From Oopsacas minuta (taxonomy: Eukaryota > Animalia > Porifera), in assembly GCA_024704765.1 (NCBI GenBank), contig JAKMXF010000351.1, positions 100,136 to 164,135 on the forward strand: a stretch of DNA of 64,000 bases. The letters are read 5' to 3'. The first letter of the stretch is position 1. Each line of letters starts with the position of its first letter. Both the position numbers and the translations under genes were made by a program. This document shows, in pieces, positions 39,105 through 51,250 of this stretch. The notes beneath the pieces were generated by a model. That model searched no databases, had not been told where the DNA came from, and saw only the letters and a list, made by a program, of their open reading frames with translations.

Positions 39105-42100
39105 ATGGATCTTCTATTTTTCATAATCCTTCTATTACTTTCTACCAATGAGTCTTTTGAAAATAATATTGATGTTCATAATTCTGTTAATTATCAATCA
39201 CTTGATATTACTTCATTATTTGGTTATAGCGTCAAAATCTATTCCGATTCAATTAGTCCACCTTCTCTGTTAATAGGTGCTCCCCGTTCAGAAGGTTCTC
39301 CATTTGTTCCTAGAACTGGAAATGTATTTTCTTGTTCTGTAAGTAACTCTTCCTTCTGTATACCTCTTAATTTCACTAAATTGAACGCGCCGAATGAAAG
39401 GAGACAAGATACTGCTGAAGTTGGAGAATATATTGCAGAACGGAAGGATAATATGTGGTTAGGAGTTAGTATTGAAACTAATTTGAATGGACATATAATC
39501 ACTTGTGGACATAGATATGTCAATACTGGCAATGGAGATAACCTATATATGCATGGCCAATGTCATTTCTTATCAGGACTAAATTCTAGTTCTGATATTT
39601 TACAACCTTGTAAAAGTTGTAATCTGTATGCTTATTACCAGTGTCTTGCTGGATTAGGGTTAAATATTGATTCAGATGGCTTAGCTCCATTGATTGGTAC
39701 ACCCGGTGCTAAGCAATTTACTGGAGAAGTTTTTTATGGTCGAAATTTTGAATCTTGCTCCTCCCAATTTAGCCCTGAAAATTTTGATCCTAACGAAAAT
39801 GGCGAGGATGCCTTATTTGGATTTTCTATTACACGTGGTCGTCTGATAAACAGAAATTATGAAGATATCATCTCGAGTATGCCTCGGTATAATTACTTAT
39901 ATGGCGGGATTGCGATATTCCGAAATGAATCAGGGCTGATTAGTAATACATTAATAATATCTGGAGAGCATTTTGGAGCGTATTTTGGCCATTCACTTAT
40001 AACTTCGGATATAGATGGCGATGGAATTGATGAAATAATTGTTGGTCTTCCAAATTATTCTTCTAACTTACTGAGTGAAGTAGGGTTAGTGCAAATATTC
40101 TTTTATAGTTCGGTTCTATCTGGATTTACTAATATTACTCTTCACCATCCAGATCCAATAGACTTTGCTAGATTTGGTTACTCACTAGCCAATTTGGGTG
40201 ATATAAACAAAGTAGGTGGGGCTGAATTCGCAATCGGCGCTCCTTTTGGCTCTCATAGTGGAATTGTATACATTTTCACTTGGAGCAGTATACATTCTTT
40301 CCCAATTTTGTATCAAAAGGTTGATTCCAATTCCCTGTCCTCAGTAAGAAACATTTCAAGCTTTGGGTCTTCGATATCACCTGGGCTTGATGTCGACGGC
40401 AATAATTATGAGGACATCTTGATTGGTGCACCCCAATCAAGTAATGCCATTCTAATGCACACTTTTCCTGTTATCTATTTGGATTCTCTATTTTCGTTTA
40501 ATACAGAGCATATCTACACAAGGAATTCTGACACCTGTGATATTTCTTTGAATGGGATAGGTTTAGAACCTGTTTGTTTTCAACTCATCTTTTCATTATC
40601 ATTTTTTGGTAAAAGCACGCCAAAAAATGCAAACGTATCCTTAGATATTTTGCTGGATAAAATTCTTTTTCAAAGAAGTTATCGTTTTCGTGTATATTTT
40701 GTAAGAGAAAATGAAAAGGTAAATATTTTAAGAATTCCGAACTTTATTATTGGACAAGGGGAGCCTAAAATAATAATTTCAGAATTAGTATATGTTGAGT
40801 CTAATCCAATAGATCTATTCACGCCTGTTGAATTTCATGCTTCTGTTTTCGAATCCAATCTTAATAATTCTAGTGATTATTTTAAGGATGTAAAAATCTT
40901 AGGTGATACGAGTTTCTCAAAAACTTTGGAAATACGGAATGTGAATTGCGGCGCTGACAATATATGCGAATCCGATTTAGTCATTACTGGAAATATATCT
41001 TTTTCACAGGATAGGCTACGAACAGTTGACTATCAATATTTTATCGTGAATGAAGTTAAACACGTTGTTTTGAATTTCTCTATAAGTAATAAGAAAGAAG
41101 AGGCACTTTCACCCATTTTTTCTCTTCATTTACCTCCTGCTTTGTATTTTAACAGAATACTTGATCAAGAGTTTAGAATTCATAATGAAACCACGTTTCT
41201 TAACGATTCTTCACTAATTCTTATTGACTTAGCTCCTTCTCTTGTTCGAGATGAATTCATTTTTATTACTATTATTCTATCGTCTTCAAAGTCAGCTTAT
41301 CAATTTGATAATATTATTATAAGGTTTTCTGTTAAAAGCATTAACTATGAAAATCCTAGTCTACTTTTTGATAATTCTGGAGTATTTATCGTTCCAGTCA
41401 AGCGGAGTGCTATATTACAATTACAAGCATTTCTACAAACTGATCAAGTATATTACAACAAATCGAACCCTTTTGATATCTCTTCGATTCATTCATCAAC
41501 ACTTCAATCGATTGGGAATGAAGTAACACATTCTTATTCCTTGAATAACCTGAAATCTAGTGATGTAAGTCGGATAAGAATCAATTTTCATTGGCCATTA
41601 GGTAATATTTCGTCCAATATGTTTCTTCTCTATCTTGTTTCCCTCCAGTATGATTCTACATCTGCTGTAGTACGTTGTGATGAAAAATATTTCAATTATC
41701 TAAATCTTTCTTCTCATGATCATCCAATTAATGCAAAGGAATCCATTCGAAGTACAAATACATATAGACTATTCAAAAGAGACACTTCTCCACTATCAAA
41801 TTATATTGATTGTGATTCACATCCTGACTATTATGTTGTGTTTAGCTGTCATGTTTTTAATCTATCCGCATCACAAGGGATTAAGTTTACTGTAAAGTCT
41901 CGTGTATTTGAACCAACTCTTATCGCTCTTTCACCGATCCCTGTGGATTGGCAAATTTCTACCAAAGTTAGTATGGATATTGTTGAAGCAGGTATTGATT
42001 TTATTTCCACAATCCCGGTTAATAAGAAGATATTTTTGGTCACATATATTTCTCCCCAAGATATTAGCTTGACATATTTCGTTCTACAATGGTATCACAT

Positions 42101-42281
42101 AATTCCCATTATACTATCAGTTTCAATTCCATTTGTTTTATTTATAGTTATCTTTATCGCTCTATATGTGTGTGGCTTTTTTAAAATTAAAAAACGGGGA
42201 AGGATAGACATGCATACCGCAACTGATGAGGAATTTGAAGAAGAAACAACTAACCTCAACGTTATTAGCAACCCTGATTAA
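39105..42281 (+). CDS. Integrin alpha chain (no I-domain), single exon
   Basis: 1058-aa ORF. Signal peptide, seven FG-GAP repeats with DIDGDG and DVDGN Ca-binding loops, dibasic LFKR site, TM helix, GFFKI cytoplasmic motif, acidic tail. Confidence 0.96.
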   Translation: MDLLFFIILLLLSTNESFENNIDVHNSVNYQSLDITSLFGYSVKIYSDSISPPSLLIGAPRSEGSPFVPRTGNVFSCSVSNSSFCIPLNFTKLNAPNERRQDTAEVGEYIAERKDNMWLGVSIETNLNGHIITCGHRYVNTGNGDNLYMHGQCHFLSGLNSSSDILQPCKSCNLYAYYQCLAGLGLNIDSDGLAPLIGTPGAKQFTGEVFYGRNFESCSSQFSPENFDPNENGEDALFGFSITRGRLINRNYEDIISSMPRYNYLYGGIAIFRNESGLISNTLIISGEHFGAYFGHSLITSDIDGDGIDEIIVGLPNYSSNLLSEVGLVQIFFYSSVLSGFTNITLHHPDPIDFARFGYSLANLGDINKVGGAEFAIGAPFGSHSGIVYIFTWSSIHSFPILYQKVDSNSLSSVRNISSFGSSISPGLDVDGNNYEDILIGAPQSSNAILMHTFPVIYLDSLFSFNTEHIYTRNSDTCDISLNGIGLEPVCFQLIFSLSFFGKSTPKNANVSLDILLDKILFQRSYRFRVYFVRENEKVNILRIPNFIIGQGEPKIIISELVYVESNPIDLFTPVEFHASVFESNLNNSSDYFKDVKILGDTSFSKTLEIRNVNCGADNICESDLVITGNISFSQDRLRTVDYQYFIVNEVKHVVLNFSISNKKEEALSPIFSLHLPPALYFNRILDQEFRIHNETTFLNDSSLILIDLAPSLVRDEFIFITIILSSSKSAYQFDNIIIRFSVKSINYENPSLLFDNSGVFIVPVKRSAILQLQAFLQTDQVYYNKSNPFDISSIHSSTLQSIGNEVTHSYSLNNLKSSDVSRIRINFHWPLGNISSNMFLLYLVSLQYDSTSAVVRCDEKYFNYLNLSSHDHPINAKESIRSTNTYRLFKRDTSPLSNYIDCDSHPDYYVVFSCHVFNLSASQGIKFTVKSRVFEPTLIALSPIPVDWQISTKVSMDIVEAGIDFISTIPVNKKIFLVTYISPQDISLTYFVLQWYHIIPIILSVSIPFVLFIVIFIALYVCGFFKIKKRGRIDMHTATDEEFEEETTNLNVISNPD

Positions 42282-42540
42282 CCTTATCACTTGTATTAAA
42301 TTTACATACATATATTGTCAGAAATCTAATCACTTTACTTTAGATTATTTCCCAAACCAGCCAACTTGTACAAACAAAGTCTTTGAAATCATTATTTGCT
42401 CTAGTTCTAGATTGTTTTATTATGTATGAAATTTGGTGTTTATTTCTATTATAATCACTTCGTATTTGTGTGATAGATATTTACTGATATTTTACAATTG
42501 AGGTTGAAAATTATAACATGATATATTTTACAATTTCGAT

Positions 42541-42700
42541 CCAAATTGCATTGCTAAATTACGTCTGCCAATTATCCGATACATCCCTCATTGACCAGCA
42601 ATTACAAATCTGATCAAATTGACTTGATCAGATTTGTAATTGTTGGTCAATGAGGGATGTATCGGATAATTGGCGGACGTAATTTAACAATGCAATTTGG
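42541..42700. repeat. 160-bp near-perfect hairpin (77-bp arms, 6-nt loop)
   Basis: CCAAATTGCATTG...CTGATCAA attgac TTGATCAG...CAATGCAATTTGG. Three mismatches seen. Confidence 0.92.
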
Positions 42701-43161
42701 CCATCAGATTCGTACTCAGCATCAAATTTCCAGCAATTTGATGGTCACTTGACCATATTCCGACCACTTTTGGGATTAGAATATAGCACCTTGCTGCGGA
42801 AATAGTTTTTCCAAATTCGCTTTTATATGTATCTCTGTCTTGCAGTCTATTCTTCTCCACACTTTTAGATGTATCTGTCCCTCACAGTGTATTATCTTAC
42901 TCATTTCAAATGCATCTCTATCTTGTAATGTATTACCTTATTCATTTTAGATGTATGTCTTGCAGTGTATTCCCTTACTTATGAACATATCACTCCAGTA
43001 ATGAAGGGAATTTCATGCTTATTTTGAATATCTGAATGGAAAATCTTTCGACTTAAATGTGGAAGTTTATTTGGTTTTAACGGTTTTGAGCACCTAATGG
43101 CGCGTCCCTCGCTCCTGGAGAAAAATAAAATTCCAATGTGTACTACAAATTATATGCCTGA

Positions 43162-43248
43162 CATAGCCTACAAAAGTTAAGGCCTGATCACTAAGTTGGA
43201 CCAGAGATAATTGACTTAGTGATCAGGCCTTATCTTTAGTAGACTATG
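43162..43248. repeat. 87-bp hairpin/MITE-like (35-bp arms)
   Basis: CATAG(C/T)CTAC(A/T)AAAG(T/A)TAAGGCCTGATCACTAAGT inverted; 32/35 identity. Confidence 0.8.
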
Positions 43249-43444
43249 ATCTGAAGTATTTGTATAGGAACAATAATAATATATATACCTATATATATAT
43301 ATGATTTAATTGAAATTTGAGTACTTAATTACACTAGTCTAACCGTTTAAACAATGTATCTTTCTTTGACAACGGGTAACAAACTCAATTTTTGATATAA
43401 AAATATAGAATCGCGAATTCAACTGATCATTGACTTCTCTATAT

Positions 43445-46400
43445 AGAATTCAGGAAATTTCGTCCCAGGAAATTTCGTTCATAGGAATTTTCCTCCCCAG
43501 GTGATTCAGTGTCCCTTGTTATTCAGGTTATATTCATGCATCTAGAGGATAAATATGGTTTAATTAATTATTGAAATAGGTATGTGAGGAATATAATACA
43601 ATAGTTAAAACTCAAAATTGTATGCGATTATCCTAAGATATATTGGTTATATCCCTGTTCTCATAATCTCCACAAGTAACTGTATACGCTCATCTCGTTC
43701 AATGGACTTTTTGCTGCGTACTATTGTATCACCAGACTCCCACTTTATCAGTTTGGCCTCTCGTAGTGACTGTTCTCGTTACAAAGATTTGAACAGCTTT
43801 GACACACTAGGGTGGGAACAACCAACACTAGAATAAAATGCATTGTGCCACCCCTCAACTACGTTATTAGTTCGTGGTAGTTGTTGACGTCCCTTTCGTA
43901 CATGTTCCAGATTCTGATAGGAAAGGGCAGGATCCTTCTACTGTTATTAGGAAGTCTTTTACTAATATAGTTATTTTCAAAATAAGTAGCAACTCCTAGA
44001 GCAGATTCTGGAAAATCTGCCATCAGAATATCGAAACAGTCCATCACATCTTGTTCTGGCACAAAAGCAGGGGTGGGAAGCATCTTTAATTTCAGGAGGA
44101 ATTCCCTATCCTCTTGATAGATTGTTGTTAACCCCTCTGATTGTATTTTTCTATATACATTTTGGGAGAGATGAAAGAAGCACCCCAAATTACAGCAAGG
44201 AATTTGTCCTCAAATACATTAATTGCTGCTTTTTCGAAATCGGTCATTATCGTGGAAGGTGCTAATTGTGTTTGTATTTCGACGAGTTTAGAGAGAAGTC
44301 TGTTGTAAGTAGAACCAGATTTATCAGGTAGTAATGCATATACGCAAGGGCAGAAGAATCCATCTCTCTGCATGAATGGTATACAACTGAAAAAAATATT
44401 CTGGTACTACCTTGAAAGTTCCATCAGCATACCAAGTTTCAGATTCTGAAAGAAGAGCAAAAAATTTGGGTTAGCATAATCATCCGATTGACGTCGCCAA
44501 AGCCAGAGTCGAAAATTAAAAATGCCTCCCCTTTAACCGTCACTTTGTATTTTCCGCAATGATTATTTCAGCAGTACAGGTAGGATTCCCACAGTTTTCT
44601 TCAGATTTGCTTTTGTGTATACGGATGATTCTCTTCACAGATTCCAATTTAGGGAGTTGTGCAATACTTGAAGATCCCATTCGCTCGATACCATGTGAGA
44701 GAATGACCCTTGTACTTTCTTCAGAATTTATTGAACGTTCTTTCACTATATTACTGGGTGGGCCAAAAAAAAAACAGAACCCGTACTAAATTTGTTATTT
44801 CTCTACTTTCTTCAAGGGTAGAGAATTAAAACTTAAATATTATCTAATTCCAAGTATTTAAATCAAAAATGCAAGTTTATACTATCCTAGCTCAAGTTGT
44901 TCTTGATCTATAGAACATGTTCGAGATGACATCCATTTAGATTTGCGCATTTTTCCAGTCGTAAAACAAAGTTCTGCATCACTGATTTGCAAGTTGTCCT
45001 TGAGATGCTTCTCATCTCCTCCTGGATCTTTTTCTTGAGTTCTCCGAGTGTCCTTGGCTTTGTAGCATATACCCTGTCCTTCAGGAACCCCCAGAGGTAA
45101 TAGTCTGGAGGACTGAGATCCGGAGAGTAGGGTGCCCACTCATGGTCACACCTGCGACTGATCACTCGGCTTCCGAAGTGGTTCTTGATCCAATCTAGGC
45201 TTTTGTTGTAGGTATGGGGTGTGGCTCCATCCTGTTGGAGCCAGAATTTGGGCAGGTATCCTCTATAGTTCTCTTCAAGCTCCTTCCAGAAGACTTCCAG
45301 GATCTTAAGGTAACGGTCGGTGTTAATCGTCACAGTCTTTTCTTGCTCCTCGAAGAACAGCGGACCAACTACCCCTTTCATTGAGAATGCAGCCCAAAAT
45401 GTGACCTTCTGAGAATGTAGAGGTTTTTCTTTCACTTCTGCCGGTCGTTCTGAACCCTAGTAGACTTTGTTTCTTGAATTCAAGATGAAAATGAGCTTCA
45501 TCCGTTGTCCAGAGATGGTCCAAGAAGGTCTTTGATGTCTCAATCTTAGCAAGTAACCACTTAGCAATCTCAAATCTCTTCACCTTGTCGGCATTTGCGA
45601 GTTTCTGGTGAATCTGTATACGGTATGCATATAGTCTTAAGTCATCATGAAGAACCCTGCGAAGTGTAGTGCGTGATAAGCCAACCAATTGACCCCTCTT
45701 CCTTGTCGACCTCTTTGGGGAGTGAAGAACCGATTGACGAACGACTTCGATAACTTCATCCGTACGGATCTTCTTCCTCCCTGAGTGGCTCAGACGACTA
45801 TCTAATTTAGAGTTGAGGTTTTTAACAGTGCCCTCCCGTTTAAATTTCTTGATCCATCAAAAGATAATGGATTTGCTTGGTGCTTTTGGCTGCTTAACTC
45901 TTGCGAAAATTTGGTCTGTACAGCATTGTAAGAATGTAACTTGTAGTAGAGCTTGACACAATATATCGGCTTCTCTGTGCTCCACTGCTTGCCATTACAG
46001 CTCGTAAGAGAGGTATCTACCATATGCTAATATATTATTTGATTATTACAAAAGGCGTAAGCAGAGTGACCCAAAATCACTTAGGGTTCTGTTTTTTTTG
46101 GCCCACCCGGTATAACTTCGAAGCATTTCGATTCGTACAGGGGTTAGATCCATGCGTATGACTAGAATAAATGTCGTTTATCTGTGTCGGCATGATAATT
46201 TCATCTCCTTTAGTGTGCATACGAGCTTTACACGTCCCCCCCCGATTTTCACATACCCACTGTTGTACGTCCAATGACGACTTGGTCAATGTATACACGA
46301 ACCCTTGGAACGTAGCTTTATCTTTCCCCCTTATAGTTTTAACCAATTCGATTTTGAGAAGAGCAGCGGCCATTACAGTGTTAAGTTTATGACAAGTGAA

Positions 46401-46648
46401 TAATTCATGGACTCTGATTGATCTTACTCTTAATATATGTATACTTATATACTACGTGGAATATTCACGGATTGTATATTTTTGCCAGACAGTGGTCAGG
46501 AAGTATACCTTTCACACCTACGATATGACTTGTGTAAATTATGTAAATCTATTGTATCTGCAAGACTAGTTTGGTTTCACTAAGGATATAGGAATTTAGA
46601 GTATCCAACTTATGGGATATCCTGGACACGAAATTTCCGTTTACCCTC
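43445..46648 (-). mobile_element. MULE (FLYWCH + MULE DDE) transposon interrupted by a rosa element
   Basis: Minus frames: FQGFVY...WVC..CKAR...HTH (FLYWCH), YADGTFK, MTDFEKA, GCFFHLSQ. Imperfect TIR motif GGAAATTTCGT..CCAGGA near both ends. Confidence 0.85.
44754..46110 (-). mobile_element. Tc1/mariner superfamily, rosa/Visitor (DD41D) transposon
   Basis: TIR C(T/C)GGGTGGGCCAAAAAAAA(AA)CAGAACCC with TA flanks. Motifs WTTDEAHF, QQD-(41 aa)-D and YSPDLSPPDY. Transposase 44908-46023 is frameshifted. Confidence 0.93.
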
Positions 46649-46669
46649 TATATAAGGCCTACCACCAAC

Positions 46670-48118
46670 TCAATGATATAGCAAAACTCACTATTGCCGA
46701 TTTATAGTATCAGGGCGTTCAATAAGTCTTACGGGTCATGATATATCTTAGGAATCAGTCAAGTAATATATCTAACTTTCATATATTATAAGCCCATATA
46801 GTTAAACTGCATATACTGAAAGTTTCAAGCTTATTCAATACAAATTATGAATTTTTGAGATAATTACGTGTAGTCAATTTATACCCATTGTTGAATTTAT
46901 AGGTTCAAAGGATGATAATTTCAACCTCAAATGACGAGCTTACATAGAGTTTCGCACAATACTCAAGATCCAGCCCGTACAGATCTTCAGCGAGTTACAG
47001 GAGATATTGTGCGTGATTGCCCTTCTAGATCTACTGTAGAGCGATGGGATGCCTGTTTTAGATCTGGTAATGCTGATGTCACAGATTTGCCTCGATCTGG
47101 AAGACCGGTGTCCGCCACCACTTCAGAGAAGATCCCGCTCATTGAAAATGTGGCCATGCAATACAACTGCATTACTGCAATCAGTTAGAACAAAGTATGG
47201 AGATTTCATCGGGAGCTATTCTTAGAATTCTGACGATTGAGCTTTGCTACCGATCGATATGTGGGAAATGGGTCCCGCATAAGCTCAGTGAGGATCCAAG
47301 GTTGGCACGACTGAATATTGCCAAGAAACTCTTGGAAACTTATGAGAACTGCGATTCTAGACGCCTAACACAGATTATTACTGGTGAGAGACATGGGTGT
47401 ACTATTCAACACCATATAGCAAGTATAAGAAGCAATCATGGGTGAGGGGCGACGGACAACTGGCGAAAATTCCTAGGCCCGACTTCAGAAAACCTAAGAT
47501 TATGTATACCATCTTCTTCAGTACTCATGGAATTGTCTTGCAATTACCTTGTAAGAGTGACAAGGCTGTTATTGCTACTTTTTTTACAAGTAAGTGCTTC
47601 CAAATTTGATAAAAATATAGAAAAGTACCGCCCGAAAACCGGAATTAGAGGAATGAAGATTGTAAATCATAACGCCAGTGCCCATACAGCTAAGCTTACC
47701 AAAAGATTCTTGGATGCAGAAGCGCTAGAATAACTTCCCATCCACCATACTAACCTGACCTAGCTCTTTGCGATTTTGGCTATACCCCAAGCTTAAAATC
47801 ACTTTCAAGGCAAAGATTTTAGCAAATCACAAGCACTCGGAATAGGCCTGTACCAGTACTTCAAATCCATCCCCAAAGAAGAGTACAAAAATGTGTTCAC
47901 AAGTGGGTGGAAAGGTTGAAACTTTGTGTATCTGCAGGAAGGGATTACTGTGAATAAATGATTTAGTGAATTAGTGTGTATAGTGTTTGTATCATATTCT
48001 ATGATATCACCCGCAAGACTTATTGAACGCCCTAGTATCAACCAATATGTACTAAAAGGGTGTGGGAAATCGGGTATCTACTATAAATCGGCAATAGTGA
48101 TTTTTGGTATATCATTGA
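46670..48118. mobile_element. Small fold-back/MITE (40-bp arms 46670-46709 and 48079-48118) hosting a mariner
   Basis: Arms 38/40 identical. The mariner is inserted at the TA that ends the left arm. Confidence 0.7.
46710..48035 (+). mobile_element. mariner (DD34D) transposon, decayed
   Basis: TIR AGGGCGTTCAATAAGTCTT(A/G)CGGGT with TA flanks. Motifs WVPHKL, IITG.E and HPPY*PDLALCDF. Confidence 0.9.
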
Positions 48119-48321
48119 GGGTTTTCGACTTATAAAAACATATTGACAAATCATCACCATCAATGGTCACTACTGTAACTCAAACCTGCCAACTTTAGCA
48201 TGATAAATTTTTAATATGTTTTACAAAGGCATCTTTACATTATTTCGTACATAAACTTTGAAATCAAAGATGCGATAATTGACGTTCTACAGAGTGGCGC
48301 GTCGTTAGTCCAAATATCAAA

Positions 48322-48663
48322 ATCGGCATTAGTCCAAATTTTTGATTATGTATGCTTGAGTTGGATCTGGAGCAGGCTGTGAGTTGTGAGAGTGTTTAGA
48401 ACTCAAGTTGGAAGGTGCTAGAATTGGCAATTTTCATGGATTATCTAGCTAGATTGGCTTGAGCTGAGAAGCTGAACATTTCAGTGACTATTTGGATAAC
48501 TGGTTTGGTGTTTGATTTGATTCGAGTTGGATCATGAGCAGGCTGTGAGTTGCTGAGATTATTTCGATTCAGAACAACATAGGTAAATGACTATATTTCT
48601 TCGCGATAAAATTTCCCCGTGAATGCATGCATTTGATCACCAAATATTTGGACTAATACCGAT
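48322..48663. mobile_element. MITE-like relic
   Basis: Inverted 18-mers ATCGG(C/T)ATTAGTCCAAAT. Internal duplicated GAGTTGGATC..GAGCAGGCTGTGAGTTG. Confidence 0.45.
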
Positions 48664-49163
48664 GAACTGATATATTTCTATTATTCATATTTGTTTATAC
48701 TTCTACATTATTTGCTGTCCTGAACTTTAGAAAAGCTACTTCGTGCACCTATATTAACACTGTGAGTATACTATTATTTTTTTAGTTCATACTTAGATAA
48801 ATGTATATTCACACCGTTTCTATCCCTAAGCGTCACGCCTAGCATTTGCGCCCAGTGTTAGGTAACCAAATCAAACCTGGTGGTCCACTTAGCAAGAGTC
48901 CTGCTACTTCTATGTAAAATTCACATGAATACAGTCTCCGTCGAGTCCGTTCCTATTCTGGTGAGTCCAGACACCCCAGATATTCAAACTTAGCGCCTAT
49001 GATGCCAGGAATAGTAGTTATAAATTTCCTGCCCGAACAAAAGTATTCAGTATGTTAAACTTATCTAATATTTTATTGAGAGAATTACTCCTAGAAATTG
49101 TAAATAATAATATAAATATACGAAAAAGAAGTTAGTAGCCAATTCAAATTTCAAAACTTGTTC

Positions 49164-50096
49164 ACTTCAATCGTTTAATTGACCGACTTTCCATAAAGCT
49201 AGAGAAAAAATCTTAGTATTATTCGAAAGTATAGCGTTGGTGGAATACGAAAATGTCATCAGAATTGCAAAATATGTGTGATGACTAAGTATTGAGGTTT
49301 TGAAATTTTTCCATTCGTGTCAACTATACTGTGTTATTTGACTGGCTTCTCATTGTTATTTTGACCTACAAGTTTTCTTCAACTACTATTGAGGGCTGGT
49401 GGATTATGTGTTTAAAATTTCTTTTAAAAATATTCATTACTTTATGAAATATTTTATTTTGAAAAATTCAACGAAGAAGTTAGACTAGGGTCACTTCAGT
49501 CACTAATTTGACCCACTTATACTCTTCAGATTTAAGCGAAATGACTATCATTGGAAAGAAGAGAGTTGAACGTTTTAAGCAATTTCTTTTGATAATCAAA
49601 ACCTTGACTTTTAGCCACTTTTTTGGTTAAAGTTTTAGTATAACGGCTCCCTTGAATTTGCCCACCTAAAAGTCAAAATTCGATTCTGTGAAATTATATA
49701 TGCATAGTTTGGTGCTATGGACGTCGATGAAAATAAATTTCATTAAGCATTATTAACAACTCGCGGAGCTAGAGGAATTCAAATTTTAAAGCGGTAGTGT
49801 GTATGGTAGGGGATGAATCATATTCTACATAAAGTAGGGTCAGTTCAAACTAATGTTTCTTACCCTAAATCCGACTGAATTTCAATGTTTTCATGTTAAC
49901 CGAAAGTTGAGACATAGACGTTTATAACAATATCGATATTTTCGTGAAACATTACAAATTATCACCAGCAATGCCCTGCAAAAATCGATAAATTCTCAGT
50001 TTGCTTTGTGTATTCAGAATGATAAATTTGAGATCAATTCTTGAAGTTATTTCTCTTCAGAACACATTCAAAATTTATAGGTACCTTCCATCGTAT
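49164..50096 (-). repeat. Left arm of 933-bp inverted repeat
   Basis: Reverse complement of 56016-56948. Same length; two mismatches seen in spot checks. Confidence 0.95.
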
Positions 50097-50449
50097 TTTA
50101 TAGTACAATTTCCGTAACAAAAACCGCGAGTCGCTAGTACTTATTTTATTAATTTATATTTATTTATTTATTTCAATTTTTTCAATTACTTCACTTTAGT
50201 ATTACGTTTTAAGAGGGTAAATATTACATAGACTATACTCGTAAGACTATATAACACTTGCTTAGATCATTAGTATGTATAGGAAGTCATATTGTCATAC
50301 TTGTTATAGTTCCCATTGCGACTTTTCCAACAAATTCTTAAATTTAGGGACTTTTTTGTAGTTAACACACAAGTGGAGGTGATATACATTATTTGGTGTG
50401 TAACATCACAGATGATTAATATTATAGTATACCACTCTCATATTATAGA

Positions 50450-51250
50450 ATTTCTTCCTGAAGATGGTTCAAAGAGATAAATTTAGAGATAGTATTCAAA
50501 GCTATTTTACCATTTATCACTAAAGCAATATACAAATATTAGATAAATTCTGTAATTAATGATTCCAATTTACACTTTATGAAAACTTCCTCTTTGTTTC
50601 CTAAACCATCCTAGACCAATTTTCAACACTAGGGTTGCTGTCTGTTAAAACATAACCTTGTGTATTGATTGTACACAAAATTGTTCTACTCTACAATGGT
50701 AACAATTGCATATAATATGTCAATAGAAAATCAATTAATCCAGGATAGTAGCATACATTAGTTTCTTTTACTTCAGAAGTACTAACTCCAATATCAAGGT
50801 TATTCTCAATAACCTTGACATTAGATTTTGTATTCCCATAAAATTTTTCAACTACTTACCAAGAGAGACTTTTGCCGTAAGTTACAGCATTAAATTTGAC
50901 ATTTGCTTCATCCTCATATTTCTCGGGTATTTCATTATTAATTTATATCTCGCACTTAACACACATTTCTAATTCGGCTAATTTGTTCTCAGGATCATTG
51001 GATCGTTTTTCAAAACATAAGCATTCAGAATAATTCAAAAAGATCGTTAAATTCATACAATTTTTACAAATTAATATCGGGCCAGAAAACATGTACAATT
51101 ATTCTCTTGAACTTTAATCTATTTTATACTTATTGTCTATATTTTAACTGATCCTGTGCATTACATGAGCTATACACAGATGTAAAACAGTAGTAACATT
51201 TACACTTTCATTATTGGAGACAAATTCCACAATTGTTTTTCTTTCTGATT
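50450..51250 (-). pseudogene. Heavily degraded MULE/NOF-like transposase relic
   Basis: LHLCIAHVMH (CxxH-like) and FLLTYYMQLLPL*SRTIL...SNPSVENWSRMV in broken minus frames. Confidence 0.35.
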
